Below are positions 1 through 13,700 of a DNA stretch of 40,373 nt, one piece after another. The position numbers were made by a program, and so were the translations under genes. Numbering within the stretch: position 1 is the stretch's first letter; the number at the start of each line of letters is the position of its first letter. The stretch comes from Tubiluchus corallicola (Eukaryota > Animalia > Priapulida). The DNA is taken from positions 1 through 40,373 of the forward strand of contig JAQGDQ010001454.1 of NCBI GenBank assembly GCA_030141605.1. Direction: 5' to 3'. A model generated the notes under the pieces. The model worked only from the letters and a program-made list of their open reading frames with translations, was not told where the DNA came from and made no database searches.

Positions 1-487
1 ATAGTAAAACGAACGTTTATTAAATGAGCATCAGGTTAGATAAGAATTCGTAAAGATCAAATCCAACAATGCATGACTTCTACAGCATGATTAGCGCGCT
101 GAAACAATGAGGGAAATCTTTGTAATTGCACACATTAAAATATTAGCCATAGATAAGAGCCTGTCACAGACGGTGTTCAATTGATGTTGATAATTTTGTC
201 AAATATAAAAGTGTCTCTCCAACACTCAAAAATTTTATTTTATTTTTAATGGAATATTTTATTGCGTTGTAATCTATAGTGCTGTATTGTTTAAAGTTTG
301 CACACTATATGTAAATTTTAAATGAGTGTTAATGAATAAAATTAAGTTAAATTAAATTAAAACATGATCAGTTGCTCTACAGACAGAGTACAGAGAATCA
401 TAATCATTGCTGTATATAGGGACCTTTCACACTGTTGTATACCAGCCATTTTCTCCCTTTGTAGAACGTGAGTGTGAACCCCTAGTG

Positions 488-887
488 CAGGGGTGTGCAA
501 ATTATCTGACTAGCTGGGCCACATTAAACATTCCCGCAATTTCTGTGGGCCACATGCAGTTTGGTCAAGGAGCCAAGTACAGTAGGACCTGATAACGATT
601 TTTTTGCACACATCACCACTACTGCTCTACTACACTCAAGAAACTATTTTAGAAGTTATTAAAATCTATATTAAAAACCAAATATTTCGTCATGTCCGAC
701 AGTGACATTAAGTGACAATGGTCTTGTAAGGGTTAATGCCATCCGATCTAGAGGAAAAAACTACCCGCACTATCTTTGCGATATTGGCGCGGACTTCAGC
801 TGGATCGTGTGGGCCGCACTTTCATTACGTTGACAAACCTCTTCGCGGGCCGCAAGTGGCCCGCGGGCCGCAGTTTGCACACCCCTG
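488..887. mobile_element. Non-autonomous hAT (Charlie-like) MITE
   Basis: Perfect TIR CAGGGGTGTGCAAA/TTTGCACACCCCTG; perfect 8-bp TSD CCCTAGTG (480-487, 888-895); subterminal GCGGGCCGCA repeats. Confidence 0.92.
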
Positions 888-981
888 CCCTAGTGAGTCA
901 CGAACAGAGGTCGAGAATCCTTGCACTATGTGACTGAGAAAGAAACCACAAAGCAATGAAGCCTTTTCTTGACACTTTTGT

Positions 982-1301
982 TGTGCGCACGTGCAGTTGT
1001 ATCTCAAAGGTTAAGTGTACCGCAGCAACGCATCTTAACCACAACTGGCAAGCGACTTGTGAGTAAAGCAAAGCCGTCTGTCGCATCAGTTCAGTAGCTT
1101 CAGTTTTTTTACATGGACTTCACTTAATAATGTACTAGTCTGTGTGTAGAGTGATTTACTAGCAGGATCTTGCTTGGGAACAAGAAAAAATGAACTAGGT
1201 AGGGTTCTAGTTAGCTGTTAAAATTGTTACTATTACAATAGTATGGTTTGCTAGGCATTGTCAAGTGTAGTCCATGTAAAAAAACTGAAGCTACTGAACT
1301 G
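982..1301 (+). repeat. Dispersed repeat family A, copy 1 (about 300 bp)
   Basis: Shares TCAAAGGTTAAGTG...CAGGATCTTGCTTGGGAACAAGAAAAA...TTGTCAAGTGTA with about 9432-9700 (+) and about 21630-21948 (-). Confidence 0.8.
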
Positions 1302-2008
1302 TCATTTAGTATCATTTTTCTCTAGTCTGCGCACTAATACATAGCGTTTACTGAAATTTAAACGTAGCGTAATCGCGACATTACAATCCGACAAAATTGC
1401 GAATATAGTTGCAAATTGTCTAACTAAATGACGAAATATTTGGTTTTTTATATAAGATTTAATAACTTCTAAAATAACATTAGTGTTTCAAATATTCTCC
1501 GATGCAGAAATTAGCTATCGAAAATAATTACCAAAAATGATGAAAAGATTCTATACTATTTAATGATTACATATATAACTGTTAATTTTATTTCCATTTA
1601 CTTCATTTATATCACAATAAAATATTCCATTAAAATAAAATAAAATTTGAAATTAACACCATCCCACACAAGGCGGAAATGTGTGCAGTAACACCCATAA
1701 AGGAAGTCATACCTATATATGATAATAACTAAACACGTTCGTTTTACTATTTACTAATTAATCGGCTCTTGTGGCTACATCTTGCACATGTTACACATTC
1801 TTTTGATGAATAATTCGAATTTGCTGCTGTCACAAGTGGACTACAAAATGTTCCTTTTTACATATTTTCTTATGTGTTGGCTAGAACTTAAGAAAAAAGC
1901 TTTTCGTGAGGAATTTATCATGGTTTCACAAAAATTTTGTCAAGTTATCAAAATAATTATTAAACATGTGTAATCAGAAAGTACAGCACGTACACTTCTA
2001 AGTAAGTA

Positions 2009-2886
<878 letters not shown>

Positions 2887-3240
2887 TTTCTACATCTGTA
2901 TAATCCTTTCTTTATACTTGTACAATGGCTAAAAATTGTTTGAAGCAACACCCCTAGTAATTTTAACTATGAGCCGCCATTGTTACAAATAGTAGAAAAA
3001 TATAAGCTGAATGATCAAGTGAACAAATTTTTTATACATTTAATCAGTGTAATCGCATTCACAGTACTGTACTTTAGTACAATTTTAAAGTATTCTTTCA
3101 GGATTAAATTTGTTGCACAATACTAAGTGCTATTAATAAGAAATTTATTTTTGATTTTGTTTAAAACAATCTTTTCATTGTTTTGCATTTTCACTTTAAT
3201 AAATATGGATTGGAATATGGTGATTACTTTCTTTTTTTAG

Positions 3241-3407
3241 TGTTTCGTATGTTCAACTCCTTGCAATTCTGGGTCAAAGCCTACGATGCATTAGAAGAAG
3301 AAGAAGACAGTTTGATAAAGTGCCTAACATTCGTTGGATCGGCAGGGAAGGGTCTGTGGTTGCTGCTAGATCACATACTCTGGATTGGAAAGCTCGATAT
3401 TTATAAA
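3241..3407 (+). CDS. PEX11: PEX11 family peroxisomal membrane protein, internal coding exon (upstream exons not found in window)
   Basis: Acceptor tttctttttttag|, donor AAA|gtatgt. Translates (x)FRMFNSLQFWVKAYDALEEEEDSLIKCLTFVGSAGKGLWLLLDHILWIGKLDIYK, which fits the PEX11 'RKxxRxxN...DHILW.G' region. Phase-1 start, phase-0 end. Confidence 0.82.
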
Positions 3408-3434
3408 GTATGTATTATAATTTTCTGTTGCTTA

Positions 3435-3977
3435 CAGGGAAGAGAATTTTCCGCGGATATGCTGTATTCCGAGTTTTTGGAAGACCAGTAGTGTCATCTT
3501 TGTAAATCGCGTAAATTCGTTAAGAAAATTTTTACGGAGCCAGTACATTATTTCACAAGCTGACCGCTAGGTGGCAGGCTGTCACTTTGTTTACATCACG
3601 TACATCAGTGTAACCACGTGTATATCTCTATGTATAAAAATATAAAATCAATTGTGCGGAGTTATTTGAGTCAATTGCAGACAGTTTTTATGTACTTTTG
3701 TATAGGAGCGGCCAGTACTTAGGCGTTTTTGAAACAATTAGGTATCCTGTATCCTTGATAGTTGGGTATTTTAAATTATGCATGGAACAAGGTAATTTAT
3801 ATTTTAAGTCCACTTAGAGGAGGTTCTCTATGGTCACAAAATAGCAATTTGTTGCTGGCTCCAAGGGGCCTTTGAACCCCATGGGGGCTTTGGCCCTCAA
3901 CCCCATTGGGGACCTAGACGGCCCCTAAACCCCCAGCCTATTTCAGAGTTTTTTGCAATTTATCATTCTCATCCCTG
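3435..3977. mobile_element. Non-autonomous hAT-like element in PEX11 intron
   Basis: TIR CAGGGAAGAGAAT/ATTCTCATCCCTG (1 mismatch); flanks TGCTTA/TGCGTA; G/C-run subterminal block. Confidence 0.65.
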
Positions 3978-4137
3978 TGCGTAAATACGAAACGAGCCGC
4001 GGTTCTTCTGATCCAGTCTGACTGCATAAATTTGTAAAGTGCACTTATAAAAAGTCGAAGGTATTTAAACTAGGTATGCAAAATCATTCTATGAATACAA
4101 GGCTTTAACTGTCGTTTAAAATTCAAACTTAAATTGC

Positions 4138-4648
4138 AGAGAAAAACTGGATGATTTTAGTTTACTGTCCAAAATAAAAGTTAGCAATTGTTTCTCATAT
4201 TTGAATAATTAACTTGGAAAGTTAATTAACGGCAACCGAACACAGCTATCGTTTCCGTCACAAACTAACCACAGTTTGTGCAATGGCAGGCATCTTCCCT
4301 TGCGCATCAAGCACATTTGCATAAGCGTTACAGTACTGTTTAAATGCGTGATGTCACGAAAAATGGGCTTTACATCATATGATGTCAGAAACTAACACTG
4401 CAGTTCTTGATCATGGTTATCACGGTACAGCCTTCTATTTGTCGGCCACGCGAATGTGACAAAAAGGCGCCGTTGCCAATCTCAGATTCACTGAGCCGTG
4501 TGTAGCTTTGAAAGTTTAACAAAATTTGAGTATCCGAGGTAATTATTATTTAATCTAAGCTTTGATTTAAAAAAAGCTTTTGTAGTTTTTTAATATTTTA
4601 CCTCATTCAAATTCTGAATTAATGTTTACACAATCATCCGGTTTTCCT
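4138..4648. mobile_element. Kolobok-like non-autonomous element (family B); diverged partial copy follows at about 5015-5338
   Basis: Ends GAAAAACTGGATGATT / AATCATCCGGTTTTCCT|TTAA; near-identical body at 30747-31212. Confidence 0.65.
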
Positions 4649-4849
4649 TTAAAGGACGACATAATTAACGACAGACAAGGTCAACTGTTGATGACATCAC
4701 AAACTAACATAATTTTCAACAGCAAACATATTCCACGAGCGTGTTGCACGTGTTTGCGAAAGAGAAATTTCTAGTACAGTGCTACTGTGAGATATTCAGT
4801 GTGATGTACTAAAACTAGGCAAATTTTAAGTTAAAAATTCAAATTTGAG

Positions 4850-5002
4850 ATTTACCGATGTGCTCATGCGTGAGCTGTCGAACGTGTGTAGTTCGTCACA
4901 GCCTAACACATTTCAGTCGAGAGGTACAGCACCTGTTTTTCGTGTAATGCATTTCCAGTCGAAATGCCGAAATGCAGGCTCCAGTGCCCATCTAACTAGC
5001 AA
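4850..5002 (+). repeat. Dispersed repeat family C (second copy at about 39493-39630)
   Basis: TTTACCGxTGTGCTCATGCxTGAGCTGxCGAACGTGTGTAGTTCGTCACA...CTAACTAGCAA present at both sites. Confidence 0.75.
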
Positions 5003-5442
5003 GCTATAAGACGCTGATATGATGTCATGAAAATGAGCTCTACGTCACACTGATTTGTCACAGACGAATGCTGCAGTTCTTAACCGTGCTTATCATGGTA
5101 CCTCGCCTATTTGTCAGCCGCTAAAGCTTTTGTGTAACATTTACATTTGTGTAACAAAAAGGCACCATTGCCAGTCTTAGTGGATTCGCTGAGCAGCACG
5201 TAGCTTTGAAAGTTTAACAAAATTTAACTATCCGAATTAATTATTATTTAATCTAAATTTTGAAAAGCTGTTGTAGTTTTCCGTATTTTGAAGCGTACTT
5301 TATTTTGACCTAATGTTTACACAATTGTCCGATATTCCTTTAATTTTTATCCTGGACCTTTATCACTGTTCAAGCTGTCGAGTTTTCTCTATGATACATT
5401 CACAAATGTGAAACGAAATTTTGTGGATTTCTGAAAAACGTA

Positions 5443-5883
5443 CAGTCAGCCCTCGTTAAACCGGACTAATTGGGGTGGGGGTGGGTGGTCCGGTTTAGCC
5501 GATTGTCCGATTTATCCGATATGCCTATATATGGTGTATATTATACAGGAATAATCACCTTAATAAGGCCTATATACATTGCACTATATACTGTGCACTA
5601 TATACTATACTGTATATTACTTTAAAATAGTTAACCTGTGAGGATAAAGAAATTAGCGAGTGCTTTCGATGGGGTAAGCAAACTGAATTTTGGCGGGAAT
5701 CGTAGCAGCCTGGGCGGCATCACGAGCCGCTTCGGCCCGTCAATGGCTCGTGGTGAGTTGGTAGGCCGTGTTGTGTTTAGCGCTCCGGCTCGGTCGGAAA
5801 TCGGTCAGTTTCCTTTACCACGGATGACGTCCGTCTTATCCGATATCCGGGCTAACGGGGTCCGGTTTAACGAGGGTCGACTG
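5443..5883. mobile_element. Tc1/mariner (pogo/Tigger-like) MITE
   Basis: TA|CAGTCAGCCCTCGTTAAACCGGAC ... GTCCGGTTTAACGAGGGTCGACTG|TA (24-bp TIR, 2 mismatches). Confidence 0.9.
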
Positions 5884-5927
5884 TATTACTCTGTTAATAG
5901 CATCTTAGATGTTCTTTTGTTTTCAAG

Positions 5928-6248
5928 GTGAGTCCTAACATATCAACGTGGTCTAAGTACGTCTGGCTGTTCTCTCTTGTCACACTGACGGTCCGAGACG
6001 TGTGTCGGTTACACCTTCTGTACCAGCAAGCCTTAGCGTTGGAAAAACAACTGCCCAGCAAGACAAAAGAAGAGCGTTGTCGCTTGCGGGTGGAAATCGA
6101 GGCGGCGCAGTTGGAGTTTGTCAAAGATTTCTGTGATTGCTTCATTCCAGTGGCCGGCATGGGATATCTAAATCCAGGAATCGGAGCGGCAAGCGGCGTT
6201 TTGTCCACCGTCGTCGGCATAAAGCAAGAATGCAAAAAGATGGCGTGA
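5928..6248 (+). CDS. PEX11: PEX11 terminal coding exon
   Basis: Acceptor ttcttttgttttcaag|, in frame with the previous exon. Translates VSPNISTWSKYVWLFSLVTLTVRDV...LEFVKDFCDCFIPVAGMGYLNPGIGAASGVLSTVVGIKQECKKMA*, matching the PEX11 'WLxSL..RD', 'VKxxCDxxIP' and Gly-rich C-terminal hydrophobic motifs. Confidence 0.88.
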   Translation: MSPNISTWSKYVWLFSLVTLTVRDVCRLHLLYQQALALEKQLPSKTKEERCRLRVEIEAAQLEFVKDFCDCFIPVAGMGYLNPGIGAASGVLSTVVGIKQECKKMA

Positions 6249-6709
6249 TAAATAGACAATAATTGTTAATTTGTTGAAATTTGGTTAAATTTGTTAAAAG
6301 TTTATACTCGTTTGTTAAATCTTGATTGTAAGTGGCTACATCTAGCGGTACGTTTTCTAACCAATGGCAGAACGTGATATTCCGTTTTACTTACTTCCCG
6401 AGAAATTTTAGTTAACCATGCAAACCGATTGGCTGTGTTTGCACTTCTCTGTAAGTGTAGTTACCAGCTGCTCAGAATGCGAAAGGCCTAAGTTCAACTC
6501 CCGGTGTAGGTGTAAAACTTTTTCCAACTTTCTATTCTGGTATGGCATTTGTTTGTTTATATGCAGGTCTGTGTCAGTTAATTTACTGGTCTATGTAAAT
6601 TATGTCTTTTATAAACGATTTTCAATTTTTTTATGATAATTAAAAAACTACGTAATTTTGTGTCTTTGTTATAGTGATTGTAGCTATTATGAATTTGATA
6701 AAATCTTAT

Positions 6710-6715
6710 AATAAA
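6710..6715 (+). terminator. Candidate polyadenylation signal for PEX11
   Basis: AATAAA about 460 nt after the stop, followed by a T/GT-rich tract. Confidence 0.4.
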
Positions 6716-6957
6716 GTATTTTTTTGTTTTTCAAACTTTAGTATCAAAGTTTGGTTTAGAAAATTATGAATATTTAGACAATCTTTCTTGGTAAATACTT
6801 GTATTCTTAATCTATAGTGAGACACGTGACTTGCTAAACTCAAAATGCAAAACAGATTCATTTGAATTGTTAGTTCAAGCCTGTTTTATTACCTAATAAT
6901 ACTCGGCTAAATTTTCTAATGACTTCAGTGGCAAAATTTAAATGATACTTCAGTTTC

Positions 6958-7540
6958 TATGTGATGATGGTGATGATGATGATGATGACGATAAAGGTGT
7001 TTGATGATGATGGTGGTGGTGGCGGGTGGCAGTGGTAGTGATGACGATAATGGTGATTGATGATGATGGTGATGACGACATGAAGATATGATGTGGAAGA
7101 TGACAATGATGATGTTGACAGTGATGGGGATGTTGATGATGATGGTGATGATGATGATGACGACATGAAGATATGATGTGGAAGAAGACAATGATGATGA
7201 TGGTGCTGATGACGATGACAATGATGTTGACGGTGATGGTGATGATGGTGGTGATGACGATTTTGATGACAACGAGAGTGAAGATAATGAGGATGATGAT
7301 AAATGGTGATGGTAATGATGGTGATGATGATGATGACGACATCAAGATATGATGTGGAAGATGACAATGATGATGATAATGGTGCTGATGATGATGACGA
7401 TGACAATGATATGATGATGATGATTTGGACGATGACGATGACCTTGATGACGATGCCGACAACGATGATGCTAACCGTAATGGTGATGATGATGATGATG
7501 AAGATGAAGATGATGACGATAATGATGATTGATGATGATG
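6958..7540. repeat. Degenerate (GAT)n low-complexity tract with a higher-order unit
   Basis: GAT/GAC/GGT triplets; GACATxAAGATATGATGTGGAAGA occurs three times. Confidence 0.92.
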
Positions 7541-7819
7541 TTGGTGTTTTCTTTATAGTTTAAATTCTTTGATTGCTTTATTTTTCAGGTAAACTTTGTC
7601 TTATTAGAATTTTCTAGATTGATGACAGGTATTGGCTGCGGAGTCTGTCTGAGCAAACAGAGGAATGAACTTTATGAACTGCTCCTACCAAGCCTTGATG
7701 AGCTTTTCACAAAAACTGCAAGTGGCTAATATTTCACACTATTTTGCATTAATTTTTGTTTGCACATTTTGTGTATACTTTTAGAGCTAAGCATATACTA
7801 AAAACATTGCTCACAAAAC

Positions 7820-8425
7820 CAGTAGCGTAGCAAGAACTCTTGGCACCCGGGGGAAAAAACAATTCTGGTGCCCTAACCCTTTAATGTTTTGATCTTTTGT
7901 TTCGTGGATGAAGCCAAAATTTGTGCGCATTTTTTGCGTCCCTGAACCCGATTTTTCTTTTTCGACATGCGGGGATAAGGATTAAACGAATTTGTTCAAA
8001 GAATCTCCCCGAGTTTGATTTGTGGTACTGCAGCAGAGTAACTCTTTTCTATGCATTAGTTGCTCATAACACGACGGTCCTTAAACATTCAGCTCCAGCA
8101 TTAAAACATGCAAAGATTATGAAAGATACAGAACATTGCAGGTTTTCACAATAATACAGTCGGTATTTTTCTCCCAAAATTATTGTTGGCTAAGCCACAC
8201 CTTGCACATGTACCTTGCACCTTGCACAGTAACTTTGTTTCTAGGTAGTATGTAGTAATTAAGTCAGCTATGATCTCTGACTAGCCAATTTTGTAAATTG
8301 TTTTGTTAATGTCAGATTAGTAATTAATAATTAACAGTCATTGAACTCTAGAAGAATTTTCCGCCCTCTCACGCTTACGCCAGGGGTCAATTACCCCGAG
8401 TCGCCCCCACCCCGCTACGCCTCTG
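7820..8425. mobile_element. Degenerate hAT-like MITE
   Basis: Ends CAGTAGCGTAGC / GCTACGCCTCTG; no convincing TSD. Confidence 0.45.
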
Positions 8426-9431
8426 CATGTAGCCGTCTCTTGGTCATTTTTCATATCAGAAAAATGACGGTTACCGAAATGTAGCCTTGTTTGCAAAGAT
8501 CACTGCTCGCCGTAGTATTTTGCAGCGGCTCCAACCAAGCCTTCAGGCACTCGGCACTGAGTCTGCTTTTCTATTGAAACAAACTTGGTTTTTCTCTTTG
8601 AACTGCAATGTTTGCCGTGGGTAGAACGACGTGGGTAAATGTATTAGAATAGACTAACTACTGAAAGTTATCCAAAATACAGTAAGAGTATTATTTGCGA
8701 TAAGTATTGGGAACGTAATGATTTTTATTATTACAAATAAAATCCGGATAAGTACTACACGAGACTTCGCTTTTAACGAATAATAATAATAATACAATGA
8801 GAGTTACTTTGCTATTCACTTACTAACAAAATGTAGATTGTACTACTTTTAACAGAATTAGTAATGTATAAGACAAGAGAGGAAATCTTTAAAAAAATAA
8901 TAATAGTTACAATTGATATATAATGGGGTCTTCATTAACTTCCGTTATGCCAGTAGACTAGACAGTACACAATCCTGCAAAAAACAAAATATTTAGTTAA
9001 AAATATGTTATTTATATTAGTAATTAGTAATTTGTAATTTTTCTTCTTTAAACTCTTTTCCTGTACAGTAGATGTAAGAGATAATGTTAGCAAATATTTA
9101 AGACAGAATGTAATCTTCATTGAAGTGACTGTAAATTTACAAATCAAGTAATATGTATTCTCTTCTTAAGTGTACAGTATTTAATTTAACTAGTTTTTTT
9201 ATCCGTAGCTGATCAGTTTTATTTTCTGAACGGCTAGAAAATTCATTGGTGACCTAAGCTCTTGCAGCATGTAGTTGTAAGTTTTGTAAATCCACGTAAA
9301 GTAAACGTTTATCTTATTAAAGAAGTTATATGGACTCTAGAACTTAATTGAAAAGTTTTTTAAAAGGAATGAGTTGTACGCCATACTGACGTATCTTACT
9401 CTCACTTAATAAGTATTTTCATACTTGCGTC

Positions 9432-9700
9432 GTACGCATGCGCAGTTGTAGGTCAAAGGTTAAGTGCACGTCACATGACATATGTGTAAAGCAAAGCCAT
9501 CCGCGGCACGAGTTTACTTAATTATGCATTAGTGTGTGTATAGAGTGCTTTACTAACAGGATCTTGCTTGGGAACAAGAAAAAGTGAACTAATTAAGGTT
9601 CTAGCTAGCTGTTAAAACTGTTACTATTTCAGTAACATGGGGTGTGAGGTGTTGTCAAGTGTACACAAATGTGTTGTCTGGTACACGTAACCTTTGACCT
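9432..9700 (+). repeat. Dispersed repeat family A, copy 2
   Basis: Aligns to 982-1270; bounded by inverted GGTCAAAGGTTAAGTG.../...GTAACCTTTGACC motifs. Confidence 0.78.
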
Positions 9701-9865
9701 TTTCACGATCATCATCAGTTGCTGGAACTATGAAAAGGCTTATTGTACATATTCACATTGCTTACTAATCTTCTTAATTAATATTATTTTGCTTGTTGAT
9801 CTGTTTGTATATTTGATGTGATTGTACCACGTGCACAAATGAAAATGATATATATATTGTATCGT

Positions 9866-9902
9866 ACACACACACACGCGCATGCACACACACACTCACA
9901 CA

Positions 9903-9933
<31 letters not shown>

Positions 9934-9950
9934 GCATGCACACACACTCA

Positions 9951-10015
<65 letters not shown>

Positions 10016-10041
10016 TCACACACACACACACACACACACAC
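9866..10041. repeat. Compound (CA)n/(CT)n microsatellite
   Basis: Seen directly. Confidence 0.97.
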
Positions 10042-10608
10042 GTGAGCAACCGCTCCCCCGAGAATATTTTTCAAAACTGCTACCTTTTCAAGAATTTTCT
10101 AAGCTTTAGTTCACTTGTGCGATAAAAGTCGAACGTCTTTTTACTTTTGCGTAACCTTGGAAGAATTCTCTGGACTTCACTTGACTTGACATGCCCCCAC
10201 GTTTTGAAATGAGCGTGCATTTATGCGACTCGTTTATCTAGATTGTCGAGTAGTAGGCCTACTGTCAATACCGTAAATGTTTTGATTGTTTTGTTTTGTT
10301 TTTGTTTTGTTGTAATTGTTTTGATTTTAAAAGTAAAAATTAAAATGTATAATCAATGCATTAAAATTTGTTTAGTATGTGTCATCGCACCCTTTTTATA
10401 TGCTTCCTCCCCTCAACTCTGGAACCTGGCTACGCCCCTGTATTTTTGGCAACTATCAGTTATTACTGATCTATTAGTCTGTCACAGTGTGGATATTTCA
10501 CTATTTTTCAGACTTAATCTTTTCTGAGAGACGACGCTCTGACCTTTCTAAACTTTCCCCCTTCAGTTAACGAATACGTACAAACAAGGGTCAGTGCCGG
10601 GATGACCG

Positions 10609-10752
10609 TTATTCGGCCGCCGCTACTTCCTCCGGAGGTGCCGGTGCTGGCTCGGGTGCAGGTGCGGGCGGTGCAGGCTGTTCTTCGCCCTCTTCACCGG
10701 GGAATGTCCACACCTTCCCAGTGCGATTAATTTCTGGTGGCGGTGGTGGAGG
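10609..10752 (-). CDS. TnT: Troponin T terminal coding exon 13 (Pro/Ala/Glu-rich tail)
   Basis: ctatttgcag|CCT...TAA. PPPPPPEINRTGKVWTFPGEEGEEQPAPPAPAPEPAPAPPEEVAAAE*; a GC-rich coding island in AT-rich flanks. Confidence 0.87.
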   Translation of the reverse strand, partial: PPPPPPEINRTGKVWTFPGEEGEEQPAPPAPAPEPAPAPPEEVAAAE

Positions 10753-13700
10753 CTGCAAATAGAAATTATCATTTTCAGCATTTCTGTTGTCTTGACGACA
10801 ATGTTTCGTGACTTTAGATATAAACTTTGCATTGACATCGTTGAACATTGACACTAGCTGTTGCCATGACGACAATATTTCGTGACTTTAGATATAAACT
10901 TTGCATTGTCATTGTTGAACATTGACACTAGCTGTTGCCATGCCGACAATATTTCTTGACTTTAGATATAAACTTTGCATTGACATCATTGAACATTGAC
11001 ACTAGCTGTTGCCATGACGACAATATTTCGTGACTTTAATTAATAACTTTGCATTGACATCGTTGAACATTGACACTAGCTGTTGCCATGACGACAATAT
11101 TTCGTGACTTTAATTAATAACTTTGCATTGACATTGTTGAGCATTGACACTAGCTGTTGCCATGACGACAATATTTCGTGACTTTAAATATAAACTTTGC
11201 ATTAACATCATTGAACATTGACACTAGCTGTTGCCATGACGACAATATTTCGTGACTTTAATTAATAACATTGCATTGACATTGTCGAACATTGACATTA
11301 AATGTAAACTTTGCATTGACATCGTTGAACATTGACACTAGCTGTTGCCATGACGACAATATTTCGTGACTTTAAATGTAAACTTTGCATTGTCATTGTT
11401 AAACATCGCCACTAGCTGTTGCCATGACGACAGTATTTCAACATAACTGTAAACATGAACATAAACAGGCGCTGCTAAGGAAGGTTTTTCGGTCACTCGT
11501 AACATACAATGTTGTGAAATCCCAACTTTCATATTTCAAATTTCAATTCTAAGGTGCTCGGTTGTAATATTATTGTAGTTTAAAATTTGGTACATTTTTT
11601 CTGCCCCAACCACTATCATCATTCCTTGCTTCCAGTTTAGCATCCAGGAAAAGCTACCGGTGCTAAGTGACTGATCACCTATATGCCACCTAGTGACAAA
11701 CACTTGAACCAACCTTCATGAAAAGGTCCTTTCTGTCTGAGTATGTCCTGTGATCAACCTGGCGGTCGTATTTGCTGGCAACGGCAACTTTTGGCTGCAA
11801 AACACGGAAAATGAGTGAGTTTATTGAAGCGCAGTATTTTCATTTGGATGCTACATTTACTACTGTGACAATGTGCTATTCTATTTCGTATTTTCGCTAC
11901 TAGATGGCACTGACTACACCTGTGTTCATGCTTACTTACTGGGTGTATGCTTTCAGCTTCCGAAGCATCAATTCCTTTCTTCAGCCTGACAGAAAAATGG
12001 AAAGTATAAATTACATATTAAAGGTACACTAACTACCATTATTTAAGACTTATTTAGTAGGTGGCGACACTTAGGCAGGGGCATATTTACCAATAGGCTA
12101 ACTAGGCTGTAGCCTAGAGTGCCAAGTTTTGGGAGCGCAAGATTTTAGGGGTCCAATGTCTCCTCGGGGAATCCGTACCTTTCGTATATATGTATAAAAA
12201 TATATTTTGTAACATACCACAAATAGTTGCTCAGCCTGCTTTGATATAAGACCTGTGGAATGTATATTTGTAAGATGGACAGGATAGAACTATTGGCCTA
12301 CGGTGTCAAAAAGTCTTGATACTCCCCTACACTTAACATATGAACAATGCTAACAGATATATGATCACATCTACTCACAAAAACATAACATTTAAAATGA
12401 GTAGTGTATTGTTTGCACTTGGGCCTCAAATGTTTGATACATAATGTTACTGCCTATTCAGGCTAGCGAATTTTCCTCTGAGTGTGAACTGCTTTGCGAG
12501 TTACTGTCGGCAAGTTACTGCAAACTCTCTGACAGTTGCTGCGAGTTGATTTACTGTCTGGTGTAAACACCTCAGCGAGTTAATGTCGACACTTCTCGCA
12601 GTGAATAGAGAAGTGAGTTTGATATCATAGATGCTGTAGGAAAGTAATCTCTCTAATCGGAACTTGCTTGCGAATTACTCTGCAAGTTTTGTAGATTATT
12701 TTGGCATTATTAATTCTATCACAATTAAACACTACAGTGCTGTGGCGCCACCTGTCGGAAATTATTAAAATTAAACTAGACAAACAGGCAATACCTGTAA
12801 TTTGGCAATGATAGGTCTGTAAAGTACTCACCAGCATGAAATGACATATTAAATATTAAAAGTCAATTTAAGCTACGTATTGAAGTTATCTGAAGTTTTT
12901 GTTTTATGGTTGTTTATAGACAAAACAAGTTACCTGACGAAAAACGGGTTTACCTGGCGAGAAACAAGTTTACCTGATGAGAAACAAATTTGCCCAGCGA
13001 GAAACAAGTTACCTGGCAAAGAAGAAATTTACCTGGCGAGACAAATTTACCTGGCGGGAAACAAGTTTACCTGGCAAGAAACAAATTTACCTGGCGGGAA
13101 ACAAGTTTACCTGGCGAGAAAACTCGCTAGACTGAAAGCACGCACCATAAGGAACATAATGGATTCATTAAAATAAAGATCTCTACTATAAAACTTCCCT
13201 GCAAACACTATTTGTCTATAATATTTCATTACATACAAGGTCGTTTAATCAACATAATTAATTTAACATACAATGTACATCAAAAATACCAACAATGAAT
13301 TACACAATGTCTGTTATATATCATTATCAATTATAAAAGTAGTATGCATGTATGTATTCTTACATCTTCTGCTTTTTCACTTGTTTTTCTCTCTCGGCCA
13401 ATTCCTTTAGCTATAAAAAATTCAACATAATATATTATTTGTAATATATTAGCTATAGAAAAACACAGTAAATGTCCTGGATTGTGTGGCCGAGCAGTTT
13501 AGATTTCGAACTGCAACCATGCAGTCTTGAGTTCGATACTAGCTGCTGACAACACCAGGACATATACCCTATGCGTTACTCATTATTTGTGTGTTGCGTC
13601 TTTACCTCTGCTGTTGTAAGTGTTGCGTCTTTACCTGTGCTGTTGTAAGTGTTGCGTCTTTATCTCTGCTGTTGTAAGTGTTGCGTCTTTACCTGTGCTG

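Noticed and set aside
1-2008. N-terminal PEX11 exon(s)
   Set aside because: I found no segment with PEX11 N-terminal motifs and a compatible phase-1 donor; they probably lie left of the window.
5638-5931. 97-aa GC-rich ORF before the last PEX11 exon
   Set aside because: It lies mostly inside a TIR-bounded MITE and shows no transposase or PEX11 motifs.
6445-6512. tRNA gene in the PEX11 3' region
   Set aside because: Only a B-box-like GTTCAACTCCC; no cloverleaf can be drawn. At most a decayed SINE head.
6925-7563. His/Ser/Asp/Met-rich ORFs
   Set aside because: Degenerate GAT microsatellite.
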